Positions 63,298-64,000 of a DNA stretch of 64,000 nt are shown piece after piece (the stretch's first letter is position 1; each line of letters starts with the position of its first letter). The notes beneath the pieces were generated by a model that was given only the letters and a program-made list of their open reading frames with translations, did no database searches and was not told where the DNA came from. A program made the translations under genes and the position numbers. This stretch comes from Mustelus asterias (taxonomy: Eukaryota), in assembly GCF_964213995.1 (NCBI RefSeq), contig NW_027590120.1, forward strand, positions 434,001 to 498,000, given 5' to 3'.

Positions 63298-64000
63298 CAT
63301 AGAACATAGAACATAGAACAGTACAGCACAGAACAGGCCCTTCGGACCACGATGTTTTGCCGAGCTTTATCTGAACCCAGGATCAAGCTATCCCACTCCC
63401 TATCATCCTGGTGTGCTCCATGTGCCTATCCAATAACCGCTTAAATGTTCCTAAAGTGTCTGACTCCACTATCACTGCAGGCAGTCCATTCCACACCCCA
63501 ACCACTCTCTGCGTGAAGAACCTACCTCTGATATCCTTCCTATATCTCCCACCATGAACCCTATAGTTATGCCCCCTTGTAATAGCTCCATCCACCCGAG
63601 GAAATAGTCTTTGAACGTTCACTCTATCTATCCCCTTCATCATTTTATAAAGCTCTATTAAGTCTCCCCTCAGCCTCCTCCGCTCCAGAGAGAACAGCCC
63701 TAGCTCCCTCAACCTTTCCTCATAAGACCTACCCTCCAAACCAGGCAGCATCCTGGTAAATCTCCTTTGCACTCTTTCCAGTGCTTCCACATCCTTCTTA
63801 TAGTGAGGTGACCAGAACTGCACACGATATTCCAAATGTGGTCTCACCAAGGTCCTGTACAGTTGCAGCATAACCTTCCGGCTCTTAAACTCCAACCCCC
63901 TGTTAATAAAAGCTAACACACTATAGGCCTTCTTCACAACTCTATCCACTTGAGTGGCAACCTTTAGAGATCTGTGGATATGGACCCCAAGATCTCTCTG
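63298..64000 (-). mobile_element. CR1 LINE 3' end (young), runs off the window edge
   Basis: Intact ORF 63383-63949 and (GTTCTAT)n tail at 63298-63320. Confidence 0.93.

Overview
Vertebrate nuclear DNA, most likely a cartilaginous fish (shark). This is inferred from HE1-like SINEs, abundant CR1 LINEs, KRAB-less C2H2 zinc-finger genes and a TCR alpha/delta-type V segment. 1-18 kb holds three paralogous C2H2-ZNF genes among CR1, SINE and Penelope debris. After an N-gap there is a TCR V segment with a consensus-like 23-RSS, whose leader and intron are disrupted by nested insertions. The most striking content (21-28.7 kb) is a set of U2 snRNA-headed retroelements. One is a full-length Tx1/Keno-like LINE starting exactly at U2 nucleotide +1 outside any U2 gene. 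The others are two copies of a ~300-bp, highly structured, dimeric U2-headed SINE-like element. In both element types the sequence right after the U2 head is a G-U-rich antisense arm that can fold back over the head. The right half has Harbinger Myb/SANT remnants, mini- and microsatellites, and a 43-bp satellite interrupted by a young full-length Gypsy LTR element whose PBS is complementary to its own LTR (predicted self-priming). No database searches or folding programs were run; family names come from recognition and all pairings were done by eye.
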